NCBI GenBank assembly: GCA_002189035.1
Contig: NEEC01000061.1
Location: 1 to 64,000, forward strand
Origin: Utricularia gibba
Taxonomy: Eukaryota > Plantae > Magnoliophyta
Reading direction: 5' to 3'
Length of the DNA: 64,000 nt
Shown: piece after piece, positions 1-13,387 of the stretch
How positions within the stretch are numbered: the first letter of the stretch is position 1
How the letters are laid out: each line of letters begins with the position of its first letter
Notes under the pieces: generated by a model
What the model saw: the letters and a program-made list of their open reading frames with translations, nothing else
Told to the model about the DNA's origin: nothing
The model's database searches: none
Made by a program: the position numbers and the translations under genes

Positions 1-3000
1 AATATATGTCAAAATCTTGAATTTCGCGCATTCTCATGCGTTTCTACGGGTGTGCTCGGGCCCTGGGACTTCCTACACCAAGGGGTGGCCTCGCGCAGCC
101 TTCGCCATTGACGCCACATCGTCCAAACCGTTTAGAGTCACGCGACACACAGCATACCGTTTCGAAGCTCATTCCGAGACGGTCGTTTTTCGTGTTGGGA
201 GTTCGCCCATCCGAGGAAAGTTCGAAGCTCGACGGATGGCCCTATATAAGCCTTGAATGGTGTCACAAAATGGCCTAGCCATTGGGGACATCGCGACTCC
301 TTTGCTCGTTTTTATGCGAAAAATTATTCTCGGATTGCGAAACACGCGTGATTCGTTAATATATGTCAAAATCTTGAATTTCGCGGCATTCTCATGCGTT
401 TCTACGGGTGTGCTCGGGCCCGGGATTCCTACACCAAGGGTGGCCTCGCGCAGCCTTCGCCATTGACGCCACATCGTCCAAACCGTTTAGAGTCACGCGA
501 CACACAGCATACCGTTTCGAAGCTCATTCTGAGACGATCGTTTTTCGTGTTGGGAGTTTGCCCATCCGAGGAAAGTTCGAAGCTCGACGGATGGCCCTAT
601 ATAAGCCTTGAATGGTGTCACAAAATGGCCTAGCCATTGGGGACATTGGGACTCTTTGCTCGTTTTTATGCGAAAATTCTCGGATTGCGAAACACGCGTG
701 ATTCGTTAATATATGTAAAATCTTGAATTTCGCGGCATTCTCATGCGTTTCCGGTGTGCTCGGGGCCTGGGAATTTACACCAAGGGGTGGCCTCGCGCAG
801 CCTTCGCAATTGACGCCACATCGTCCAAACCGTTTAGAGTCACGCGACACACAGCATACCGTTTCGAAGCTCATTCTGAGACGATCGTTTTTCGTGTTGG
901 AGTTCGCCCATCCGAGGAAAGTTCGAAGCTCGAGGATGGCCCTATATTAAGCCTTGAATGGTGTCACAAAATGGCCTAGCCATTGGGGACATGCGACTCT
1001 TTGCTCGTTTTTATGCGAAAATTATTCTCGGATTGCGAAACACGCGTGATTCGTTAATATATGTCAAAATCTTGAATTTCGCGGCATTCTCATGCGTTTC
1101 TACGGGTGTGCTCGGGCCCTGGGACTTCCTACACCAAGGGTGGCCTCGCGCAGCCTTCGCCATTGACGCCACATCGTCCAAACCGTTTAGAGTCACGCGA
1201 CACACAGCATACCGTTTCGAAGCTCATTCCGAGACGGTCGTTTTTCGTGTTGGAGTTCGCCCATCCGAGGAAAGTTCGAAGCTCGAAGGATGGCCTTATA
1301 TTAGCCTTCAATGGTGTCCAAAATGGTCTAGCCATTGGGGACATGCGACTCCTTTGCTCGTTTTTATGCGAAAAATTATTCTCGGCTTGCGAAACACGCG
1401 TGATTCGTTAATATATGTCAAAATCTTGAATTTCGCGGCATTCTCATGCGTTTCTCCGGGTGTGCTCGGGCCCTGGGAATTCCTACATTAAGGGGTGGCC
1501 TCGCGCAGCCTTCGCCATTGACGCCACATCGTCCAAACCGTTTAGAGTCACGCGACACACAGCATACCGTTTCGAAGCTCATTCTGAGACGATCGTTTTT
1601 CGTGTTGGGAGTTCGCCCATCCGAGGAAAGTTCGAAGCTCGACGGATGGCCCTATATAAGCCTTGAATGGTGTCACAAAATGGTCTAGCCATTGGGGACG
1701 TTGGGACTCTTTGCTCGTTTTTATGCGAAAACTATCTCGGCTTGCGAAACACGCGTGATTCGTTAATATATGTCAAAATCTTGAATTTCGCGGCATTCTC
1801 ATGCGTTTCTCCGAGTGTGCTCGGGCCCTGGGAATTCCTACATTAAGGGGTGGCCTCGCGCAGCCTTCGCATTGACGCCACATCGTCCAAACCGTTTAGA
1901 GTCACGCGACACACAGCATACCGTTTCGAAGCTCATTCGAGACGTCGTTTTTCGTGTTTGGAGTTCGCCCATCCGAGGAAAGTTCGAAGCTCGATGGCCC
2001 TATATAAGCCTTGAATGGTGTCACAAAATGGCCTAGCCATTGGGGACGTTGGACTCGTTTGCTCGTTTTTATGCGAAAACTAATCTCGGCTTGCGAAACA
2101 CGCGTGATTCGTTAATATATGTCAAAATCTTGAATTTCGCGGCATTCTCATGCGTTTCTCCGAGTGTGCTCGGGCCCTGGGAATTCCTACATTAAGGGGG
2201 GCCTCGCGCAGCCTTCGCCATTGACGCCACATCGTCCAAACCGTTTAGAGTCACGCGACACACAGCATACCGTTTCGAAGCTCATTCTGACGTCGTTTTT
2301 CGTGTTGGGAGTTCGCCCATCCGAGGAAAGTTCGAAGCTCGACGGATGGCCCTATATAAGCCTTGAATGGTGTCACAAAATGGCCTAGCCATTGGGGACG
2401 TTGCGACTCCTTTGCTCGTTTTTATGCGAAAATTATTCTCGGATTGCGAAACACGCGTGATTCGTTAATATATGTCAAAATCTTGAATTTCGCGGCATTC
2501 TCATGCGTTTCTCCGGTGTGCTCGGGCCCTGGGAATTCCTACACCAAGGGTGGCCTCGCGCAGCCTTCGCATTGACGCCACATCGTCCAAACCGTTTAGA
2601 GTCACGCGACACACAGCATACCGTTTCGAAGCTCATTTGAGACGGTCGTTTTTCGTGTTGGAATCGCCCACGAGGAAAGTTCGAAGCTCGAAGGATGGCC
2701 CTATATTAGCCTTCAATGGTGTCACAAAATGGTCTAGCCATTGGGGACGGCGACTCTTTGCTCGTTTTTATGCGAAAACTAATCTCGGCTTGCGAAACAC
2801 GCGTGATTCGTTAATATATGTCAAAATCTTGAATTTCGCGGCATTCTCATGCGTTTCTCCGGGTGTGCTCGGGCCCTGGGATTCCTACACCAAGGGGTGG
2901 CCTCGCGCAGCCTTCGCCATTGACGCCACATCGTCCAAACCGTTTAGAGTCACGCGACACACAGCATACCGTTTCGAAGCTCATTCGAGACGGTCGTTTT

Positions 3001-6000
3001 TCGTGTTGGGAGCTTGCCCATCCGAGGAAAGTTCGAGCTCGAAGGATGGCCTTATATTAGCCTTCAATGGTGTCACAAAATGGTCTAGCCATTGGGGACG
3101 TTGCGACTCCTTTGCTCGTTTTTATGCGAAATTATTCTCGGCTTGCGAAACACGCGTGATTCGTTAATATATGTCAAAATCTTGAATTTCGCGGCATTCT
3201 CATGCGTTTCTCCGAGTGTGCTCGGGCCTGGGATTCCTACACCAAGGGGTGGCCTCGCGCAGCCTTCGCCATTGACGCCACATCGTCCAAACCGTTTAGA
3301 GTCACGCGACACACAGCATACCGTTTCGAAGCTCATTCGAGACGTCGTTTTTCGTGTTGGGAGTTCGCCCATCCGAGGAAAGTTCGAAGCTCGAGGATGG
3401 CCCTATATTAAGCCTTGAATGGTGTCACAAAATGGCCTAGCCATTGGGGACGTTCGCGACTCCTTTGCTCGTTTTTATGCGAAAATTATTCTCGGATTGC
3501 GAAACACGCGTGATTCGTTAATATATGTCAAAATCTTGAATTTCGCGGCATTCTCATGCGTTTCTCCGGTGTGCTCGGGCCCTGGGAATTCCTACACCAA
3601 GGGGTGGCCTCGCGCAGCCTTCGCCATTGACGCCACATCGTCCAAACCGTTTAGAGTCACGCGACACACAGCATACCGTTTCGAAGCTCATTCCGAGACG
3701 ATCGTTTTTCGTGTTGGGAAATCGCCCATCCGAGGAAAGTTCGAAGCTCGACGGATGGCCCTATATAAGCCTTGAATGGTGTCACAAAATGGCCTAGCCA
3801 TTGGGGACGTTGGACTCGTTTGCTCGTTTTTATGCGAAAATTATTCTCGGCTTGCGAAACACGCGTGATTCGTTAATATATGTCAAAATCTTGAATTTCG
3901 CGGCATTCTCATGCGTTTCTCCGAGTGTGCTCGGGCCTGGGAATTCCTACATTAAGGGGTGGCCTCGCGCAGCCTTCGCCATTGACGCCACATCGTCCAA
4001 ACCGTTTAGAGTCACGCGACACAGCATACCGTTTCGAAGCTCATTCTGAGACGATCGTTTTTCGTGTTGGAGTTTGCCCATCCGAGGAAAGTTCGAAGCT
4101 CGACGGATGGCCCTATATAAGCCTTCAATGGTGTCACAAAATGGCCTAGCATTGGGGACATTGGGACCTTTGCTCGTTTTTATGCGAAAATTGTTCTCGG
4201 CTTGCGAAACACGCGTGATTCGTTAATATATGTCAAAATCTTGAATTTCGCGGCATTCTCATGCGTTTCTACGGGTGTGCTCGGGCCTGGGAATTCCTAC
4301 ACCAAGGGTGGCCTCGCGCAGCCTTCGCCATTGACGCCACATCGTCCAAACCGTTTAGAGTCACGCGACACACAGCATACCGTTTCGAAGCTCATTCTGA
4401 GACGATCGTTTTTCGTGTTGGAGTTCGCCCATCCGAGGAAAGTTCGAAGCTCGACGGATGGCCCTATATAAGCCTTAAATGGTGTCACAAAATGGTCTAG
4501 CCATTGGGACATGCGACTCCTTTGCTCGTTTTTATGCGAAAATTTTCTCGGCTTGCGAAACACGCGTGATTCGTTAATATATGTCAAAATCTTGAATTTC
4601 GCGGCATTCTCATGCGTTTCTACGAGTGTGCTCGGGCCCGGGATTCCTACACAAGGGGTGGCCTCGCGCAGCCTTCGCCATTGACGCCACATCGTCCAAA
4701 CCGTTTAGAGTCACGCGACACACAGCATACCGTTTCGAAGCTCATTCTGAGACGTCGTTTTTCGTGTTGGGAGTTCGCCCATCCGAGGAAAGTTCGAAGC
4801 TCGAGGATGGCCCTATATAAGCCTTGAATGGTGTCACAAATGGTCTAGCCATTGGGGACATCGCGACTCCTTTGCTCGTTTTTATGCGAAAATTATTCTC
4901 GGCTTGCGAAACACGCGTGATTCGTTAATATATGTCAAAATCTTGAATTCGCGGCATTCTCATGCGTTTCTCCGGGTGTGCTCGGGCCCTGGGAATTCCT
5001 ACATTAAGGGTGGCCTCGCGCAGCCTTCGCCATTGACGCCACATCGTCCAAACCGTTTAGAGTCACGCGACACACAGCATACCGTTTCGAAGCTCATTCT
5101 GAGACGTCGTTTTTCGTGTTGGGAGTTCGCCCATCCGAGGAAAGTTCGAAGCTCGACGGATGGCCCTATATAAGCCTTGAATGGTGTCACAAAATGGCCT
5201 AGCCATTGGGGACGTTGGACTCGTTTGCTCGTTTTTATGCGAAAACTAATCTCGGCTTGCGAAACACGCGTGATTCGTTAATATATGTCAAAATCTTGAA
5301 TTTCGCGCATTCTCATGCGTTTCTCCGGGTGTGCTCGGGCCCGGGAATTCCTACACCAAGGGGTGGCCTCGCGCAGCCTTCGCATTGACGCCACATCGTC
5401 CAAACCGTTTAGAGTCACGCGACACACAGCATACCGTTTCGAAGCTCATTCCGAGACGTCGTTTTTCGTGTTGGGAGTTCGCCCATCCGAGGAAAGTTCG
5501 AAGCTCGAAGGATGGCCTATATTAGCCTTCAATGGTGTCACAAAATGGTCTAGCCATTGGGGACGTTGCGACTCCTTTGCTCGTTTTTATGCGAAAATTA
5601 TCTCGGCTTGCGAAACACGCGTGATTCGTTAATATATGTCAAAATCTTGAATTTCGCGGCATTCTCATGCGTTTCTACGGTGTGCTCGGGCCCGGGACTT
5701 CCTACACCAAGGGTGGGCCTCGCGCAGCCTTCGCCATTGACGCCACATCGTCCAAACCGTTTAGAGTCACGCACACACAGCATACCGTTTCGAAGCTCAT
5801 TCTGAGACGTCGTTTTTCGTGTTGGGAGTTCGCCCATCCGAGGAAAGTTCGAAGCTCGACGGATGGCCCTATAAGCCTTGAATGTGTCACAAATGGCCTA
5901 GCCATTGGGGACGTTGCGACTCCTTTGCTCGTTTTTATGCGAAAATTATTCTCGGCTTGCGAAACACGCGTGATTCGTTAATATATGTCAAAATCTTGAA

Positions 6001-9000
6001 TTTCGCGGCATTCTCATGCGTTTCTACGGTGTGCTCGGGCCCTGGGAATTCCTACATTAAGGGGTGGCCTCGCGCAGCCTTCGCCATTGACGCCACATCG
6101 TCCAAACCGTTTAGAGTCACGCGACACACAGCATACCGTTTCGAAGCTCATTCTGAGACGTCGTTTTTCGTGTTTGGAGTTCGCCCATCCGAGGAAAAGT
6201 TCGAAGCTCGAACGGATGGCCCTATATAAGCCTTGAATGTGTCACAAAATGGCCTAGCCATTGGGGACGTTGGGACTCTTTGCTCGTTTTATGCGAAAAC
6301 TAATCTCGGCTTGCGAAACACGCGTGATTCGTTAATATATGTCAAAATCTTGAATTTCGCATTCTCATGCGTTTCTCCGAGTGTGCTCGGGCCCTGGGAT
6401 TCCTACACCAAGGGGTGGCCTCGCGCAGCCTTCGCCATTGACGCCACATCGTCCAAACCGTTTAGAGTCACGCGACACACAGCATACCGTTTCGAAGCTC
6501 ATTCTGAGACGTCGTTTTTCGTGTTGGGAGTTCGCCCATCCGAGGAAAGTTCGAAGCTCGACGGATGGCCCTATATAAGCCTTGAATGGTGTCACAAAAT
6601 GGCCTAGCCATTGGGGACATCGCGACTCCTTTGCTCGTTTTTATGCGAAAATTATTCTCGGATTGCGAAACACGCGTGATTCGTTAATATATGTCAAAAT
6701 CTTGAATTTCGCGGCATTCTCATGCGTTTCTACGGGTGTGCTCGGGCCCTGGGATTCCTACACAAGGGGTGGCCTCGCGCAGCCTTCGCCATTGACGCCA
6801 CATCGTCCAAACCGTTTAGAGTCACGCGACACACAGCATACCGTTTCGAAGCTCATTCCGAGACGTCGTTTTTCGTGTTGGGAATTCGCCCATCCGAGGA
6901 AAGTTCGAAGCTCGAGGATGGCCCTATATAGCCTTGAATGGTGTCACAAAATGGTCTAGCCATTGGGACGTTGCGACTCCTTTGCTCGTTTTTATGCGAA
7001 AAATTCTCGGCTTGCGAAACACGCGTGATTCGTTAATATATGTCAAAATCTTGAATTTCGCGGCATTCTCATGCGTTTCTCGAGTGCTCGGGCCCTGGAA
7101 TTCCTACATTAAGGGGTGGCCTCGCGCAGCCTTCGCCATTGACGCCACATCGTCCAAACCGTTTAGAGTCACGCGACACACAGCATACCGTTTCGAAGCT
7201 CATTCTGAGACGATCGTTTTTCGTGTTGGGAGTTGCCCATCCGAGGAAAGTTCGAAGCTCGACGGATGGCCCTATATAAGCCTTTAATGGTGTCACAAAA
7301 TGGCCTAGCCATTGGGGACATTGGGACTCTTTGCTCGTTTTTATGCGAAAATTCTCGGATTGCGAAACACGCGTGATTCGTTAATATATGTCAAAATCTT
7401 GAATTTCGCGGCATTCTCATGCGTTTCTAGTGTGCTCGGGCCCTGGGAATTTCCTACACCAAGGGTGGCCTCGCGCAGCCTTCGCATTGACGCCACATCG
7501 TCCAAACCGTTTAGAGTCACGCGACACACAGCATACCGTTTCGAAGCTCATTCTGAGACGTCGTTTTTCGTGTTGGAGTTCGCCCATCCGAGGAAAGTTC
7601 GAAGCTCACGGATGGCCCTATATAAGCCTTAATGGTGTCACAAAATGGCCTAGCCATTGGGGACATGCGACTCCTTTGCTCGTTTTTATGCGAAAATTAT
7701 TCTCGGCTTGCGAAACACGCGTGATTCGTTAATATATGTCAAAATCTTGAATTTCGCGGCATTCTCATGCGTTTCTACGAGTGTGCTCGGGCCCGGGACT
7801 TCCTACACCAAGGGTGGCCTCGCGCAGCCTTCGCCATTGACGCCACATCGTCCAAACCGTTTAGAGTCACGCACACACATACCGTTTCGAAGCTCATTCT
7901 GAGACGTCGTTTTTCGTGTTGGAGTTCGCCCATCCGAGGAAAGTTCGAAGCTCGAGGATGGCCCTATATAAGCCTTGAATGGTGTCACAAAATGGTCTAG
8001 CCATTGGGGACATCGCGACTCCTTTGCTCGTTTTTATGCGAAAATTATTCTCGGATTGCGAAACACGCGTGATTCGTTAATATATGTCAAAATCTTGAAT
8101 TTCGCGGCATTCTCATGCGTTTCTACGGGTGTGCTCGGGCCCTGGGAATTCCTACAAAGGGGTGGCCTCGCGCAGCCTTCGCCATTGACGCCACATCGTC
8201 CAAACCGTTTAGAGTCACGCGACACACAGCATACCGTTTCGAAGCTCATTCTGAGACGTCGTTTTTCGTGTTGGGATTCGCCCATCCGAGGAAAGTTCGA
8301 AGCTCGAAGGATGGCCCTATATAAGCCTTGAATGGTGTCACAAAATGGTCTAGCCATTGGGGACGTTGCGACTCTTTGCTCGTTTTTATGCGAAAACTAA
8401 TCTCGGCTTGCGAAACACGCGTGATTCGTTAATATATGTCAAAATCTTGAATTTCGCGGCATTCTCATGCGTTTCTCCGGTGTGCTCGGGCCCTGGGACT
8501 TCCTACACCAAGGGGTGGCCTCGCGCAGCCTTCGCCATTGACGCCACATCGTCCAAACCGTTTAGAGTCACGCGACACACAGCATACCGTTTCGAAGCTC
8601 ATTCGAGACGTCGTTTTTCGTGTTGGGAGTTCGCCCATCCGAGGAAAGTTCGAAGCTCGACGGATGGCCCTATAAGCCTTGAATGGTGTCACAAATGGCC
8701 TAGCCATTGGGACGTTGCGACTCCTTTGCTCGTTTTTATGCGAAAATTATTCTCGGCTTGCGAAACACGCGTGATTCGTTAATATATGTCAAAATCTTGA
8801 ATTTCGCGGCATTCTCATGCGTTTCTCCGGGTGTGCTCGGGCCCTGGGATTCCTACACCAAGGGGTGGCCTCGCGCAGCCTTCGCCATTGACGCCACATC
8901 GTCCAAACCGTTTAGAGTCACGCGACACACAGCATACCGTTTCGAAGCTCATTCCGAGACGATCGTTTTTCGTGTTGGGAAATCGCCCATCCGAGGAAAG

Positions 9001-10899
9001 TTCGAAGCTCGAGGATGGCCCTATATAAGCCTTGAATGGTGTCACAAAATGGCCTAGCCATTGGGGACGTTGCGACTCCTTTGCTCGTTTTTATGCGAAA
9101 ATTATTCTCGGCTTGCGAAACACGCGTGATTCGTTAATATATGTCAAAATCTTGAATTTCGCGGCATTCTCATGCGTTTCTCCGAGTGTGCTCGGGCCTG
9201 GGAATTCCTACATTAAGGGGTGGCCTCGCGCAGCCTTCGCCATTGACGCCACATCGTCCAAACCGTTTAGAGTCACGCGACACACAGCATACCGTTTCGA
9301 AGCTCATTCTGAGACGTCGTTTTTCGTGTTGGGAGTTCGCCCATCCGAGGAAAGTTCGAAGCTCGACGGATGGCCCTATATAGCCTTAATGGTGTCACAA
9401 AATGGCCTAGCCATTGGGGACGTTGGGACTCGTTTGCTCGTTTTTATGCGAAAATCTCGGATTGCGAAACACGCGTGATTCGTTAATATATGTCAAAATC
9501 TTGAATTTCGCGGCATTCTCATGCGTTTCTACGGGTGTGCTCGGGCCCTGGGAATTCCTACACCAAGGGGTGGCCTCGCGCAGCCTTCGCATTGACGCCA
9601 CATCGTCCAAACCGTTTAGAGTCACGCGACACACAGCATACCGTTTCGAAAGCTCATTCTGAGACGATCGTTTTTCGTGTTGGAGTTCGCCCATCCGAGG
9701 AAAGTTCGAAGCTCGACGGATGGCCCTATATAAGCCTTCAATGGTGTCACAAAATGGCCTAGCCATTGGGGACATCGCGACTCCTTTGCTCGTTTTTATG
9801 CGAAAATTATTCTCGGCTTGCGAAACACGCGTGATTCGTTAATATATGTCAAAATCTTGAATTTCGCGGCATTCTCATGCGTTTCTACGGGTGTGCTCGG
9901 CCCCGGGATTCCTACACCAAGGGGTGGCCTCGCGCAGCCTTCGCCATTGACGCCACATCGTCCAAACCGTTTAGAGTCACGCGACACACAGCATACCGTT
10001 TCGAAGCTCATTCTGAGACGATCGTTTTTCGTGTTGGGAGTTCGCCCATCCGAGAAAGTTCGAAGCTCGACGGATGGCCCTATATTAAGCCTTGAATGGT
10101 GTCACAAAATGGCCTAGCCATTGGGGACGTTGCGACTCCTTTGCTCGTTTTTATGCGAAAATTATTCTCGGATTGCGAAACACGCGTGATTCGTTAATAT
10201 ATGTCAAAATCTTGAATTTCGCGGCATTCTCATGCGTTTCTACGGGTGTGCTCGGGCCCTGGGAATTCCTACACCAAGGGGTGGCCTCGCGCAGCCTTCG
10301 CCATTGACGCCACATCGTCCAAACCGTTTAGAGTCACGCGACACACAGCATACCGTTTCGAAGCTCATTCTGAGACGATCGTTTTTCGTGTTGGGAGTTG
10401 CCCATCCGAGGAAAGTTCGAAGCTCGACGGATGGCCCTATATAAGCCTTGAATGGTGTCACAAAATGGTCTAGCCATTGGGACGTTGGACTCGTTTGCTC
10501 GTTTTTATGCGAAAAACTAATCTCGGCTTGCGAAACACGCGTGATTCGTTAATATATGTCAAAATCTTGAATTTCGCGGCATTCTCATGCGTTTCTCCGA
10601 GTGTGCTCGGGCCCTGGAATTCCTACACCAAGGGGTGGCCTCGCGCAGCCTTCGCCATTGACGCCACATCGTCCAAACCGTTTAGAGTCACGCGACACAA
10701 GCATACCGTTTCGAAGCTCATTCTGAGACGTCGTTTTTCGTGTTGGAGTTCGCCCATCCGAGGAAAGTTCGAAGCTCGAATGGCCCTATATAAGCCTTGA
10801 ATGGTGTCACAAAATGGTCTAGCCATTGGGGACGTTGCGACTCTTTGCTCGTTTTTATGCGAAAACTAATCTCGGCTTGCGAAACACGCGTGATTCGTT

Positions 10900-13387
10900 A
10901 ATATATGTCAAAATCTTGAATTTCGCGGCATTCTCATGCGTTTCTCCGAGTGTGCTCGGGCCCTGGGAATTCCTACATTAAGGGGTGGCCTCGCGCAGCC
11001 TTCGCCATTGACGCCACATCGTCCAAACCGTTTAGAGTCACGCGACACACAGCATACCGTTTCGAAGCTCATTCTGAGACGATCGTTTTTCGTGTTGGGA
11101 GTTCGCCCATCCGAGGAAAGTTCGAAGCTCGAGGATGGCCCTATATAAGCCTTGAATGGTGTCACAAAATGGCTAGCCATTGGGGACGTTGCGACTCCTT
11201 TGCTCGTTTTTATGCGAAATTATTCTCGGCTTGCGAAACACGCGTGATTCGTTAATATATGTCAAAATCTTGAATTTCGCGGCATTCTCATGCGTTTCTC
11301 CGAGTGTGCTCGGGCCCTGGGAATTCCTACATTAAGGGTGGCCTCGCGCAGCCTTCGCCATTGACGCCACATCGTCCAAACCGTTTAGAGTCACGCGACA
11401 CACAGCATACCGTTTCGAAGCTCATTCTGAGACGTCGTTTTTCGTGTTGGGAGTTCGCCCATCCGAGGAAAGTTCGAAGCTCGACGAATGGCCTATATAA
11501 GCCTTGAATGGTGTCACAAAATGGCTAGCCATTGGGGACGTTGGGACTCGTTTGCTCGTTTTTTGCGAAAACTAATCTCGGCTTGCGAAACACGCGTGAT
11601 TCGTTAATATATGTCAAAATCTTGAATTTCGCGGCATTCTCATGCGTTTCTCCGAGTGTGCTCGGGCCCTGGGAATTCCTACATTAAGGGGTGGCCTCGC
11701 GCAGCCTTCGCCAATTGACGCCACATCGTCCAAACCGTTTAGAGTCACGCGACAAACAGCATACCGTTTCGAAGCTCATTCTGAGACGATCGTTTTTCGT
11801 GTTGGGAGTTCGCCCATCCGAGGAAAGTTCGAAGCTCGACGGATGGCCCTATATAAGCCTTGAATGGTGTCACAAAATGGCCTAGCCATTGGGGACGTTG
11901 CGACTCCTTTGCTCGTTTTTATGCGAAAATTATTCTCGGATTGCGAAACACGCGTGATTCGTTAATATATGTCAAAATCTTGAATTTCGCGGCATTCTCA
12001 TGCGTTTCTCCGAGTGTGCTCGGGCCCTGGGAATTCCTACATTAAGGGGTGGCCTCGCGCAGCCTTCGCCATTGACGCCACATCGTCCAAACCGTTTAGA
12101 GTCACGCGACACACAGCATACCGTTTCGAAGCTCATTCTGAGACGATCGTTTTTCGTGTTGGAGTTCGCCCATCCGAGGAAAGTTCGAAGCTCGACGGAT
12201 GGCCCTATATAAGCCTTGAATGGTGTCACAAAATGGCCTAGCCATTGGGGACGTTGCGACTCCTTTGCTCGTTTTTATGCGAAAATTATTCTCGGATTGC
12301 GAAACACGCGTGATTCGTTAATATATGTCAAAATCTTGAATTTCGCGGCATTCTCATGCGTTTCTACGGGTGTGCTCGGGCCCTGGGAATTCCTACATTA
12401 AGGGGTGGCCTCGCGCAGCCTTCGCCATTGACGCCACATCGTCCAAACCGTTTAGAGTCACGCGACACACAGCATACCGTTTCGAAGCTCATTCTGAGAC
12501 GATCGTTTTTCGTGTTGGGAGTTTGCCCATCCGAGGAAAGTTCGAAGCTCGACGGATGGCCCTATATAAGCCTTGAATGGTGTCACAAAATGGTCTAGCC
12601 ATTGGGGACGTTGGGACTCGTTTGCTCGTTTTATGCGAAAATTAATCTCGGCTTGCGAAACACGCGTGATTCGTTAATATATGTCAAAATCTTGAATTTC
12701 GCGGCATTCTCATGCGTTTCTCCGAGTGTGCTCGGGCCCTGGGAATTCCTACATTAAGGGGTGGCCTCGCGCAGCCTTCGCAATTGACGCCACATCGTCC
12801 AAACCGTTTAGAGTCACGCGACACACAGTATACCGTTTCGAAGCTCATTCTGAGACGTCGTTTTTCGTGTTGGGAGTTCGCCCATCCGAGGAAAGTTCGA
12901 AGCTCGACGGATGGCCCTATATAAGCCTTGAATGGTGTCACAAAATGGCCTAGCCATTGGGGACGTTGGGACTCGTTTGCTCGTTTTTATGCGAAAACTA
13001 ATCTCGGCTTGCGAAACACGCGTGATTCGTTAATATATGTCAAAATCTTGAATTTCGCGGCATTCTCATGCGTTTCTACGGGTGTGCTCGGGCCCTGGGA
13101 ATTCCTACATTAAGGGGTGGCCTCGCGCAGCCTTCGCCATTGACGCCACATCGTCCAAACCGTTTAGAGTCACGCGACACACAGCATACCGTTTCGAAGC
13201 TCATTCTGAGACGATCGTTTTTCGTGTTGGGAGTTCGCCCATCCGAGGAAAGTTCGAAGCTCGACGGATGGCCCTATATAAGCCTTGAATGGTGTCACAA
13301 AATGGCTAGCCATTGGGGACATCGCGACTCCTTTGCTCGTTTTTATGCGAAAATTATTCTCGGCTTGCGAAACACGCGTGATTCGTT
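10900..13387 (+). repeat. Homogeneous run of 7 A-type monomers
   Basis: Consecutive monomers (starts ~10900, 11254, 11606, 11964, 12320, 12676, 13032) share GGAATTCCTACATTAAGGG, CATCGTCCAAAC, CATTCTGAGACG and TATAAGCCTTGAATGG. Confidence 0.75.

Noticed and set aside
123-137. Telomere-like words (TTTAGAG, CCAAACC) once per monomer
   Set aside because: These are single mismatched heptamers, not tandem TTTAGGG, and are expected by chance.
161-290. tRNA gene or intact SINE around the B-box match
   Set aside because: I could not fold a cloverleaf. There is no properly spaced upstream A box, and a T5 terminator lies ~30 bp upstream of the B box.
1-357. Monomer as an ancient dimer of ~178-bp halves
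   Set aside because: Only GCCATTG recurs at about the right offset (~174 bp). Other internal repeats sit at 28, 60 and 122 bp, so no half-monomer alignment is visible by eye.
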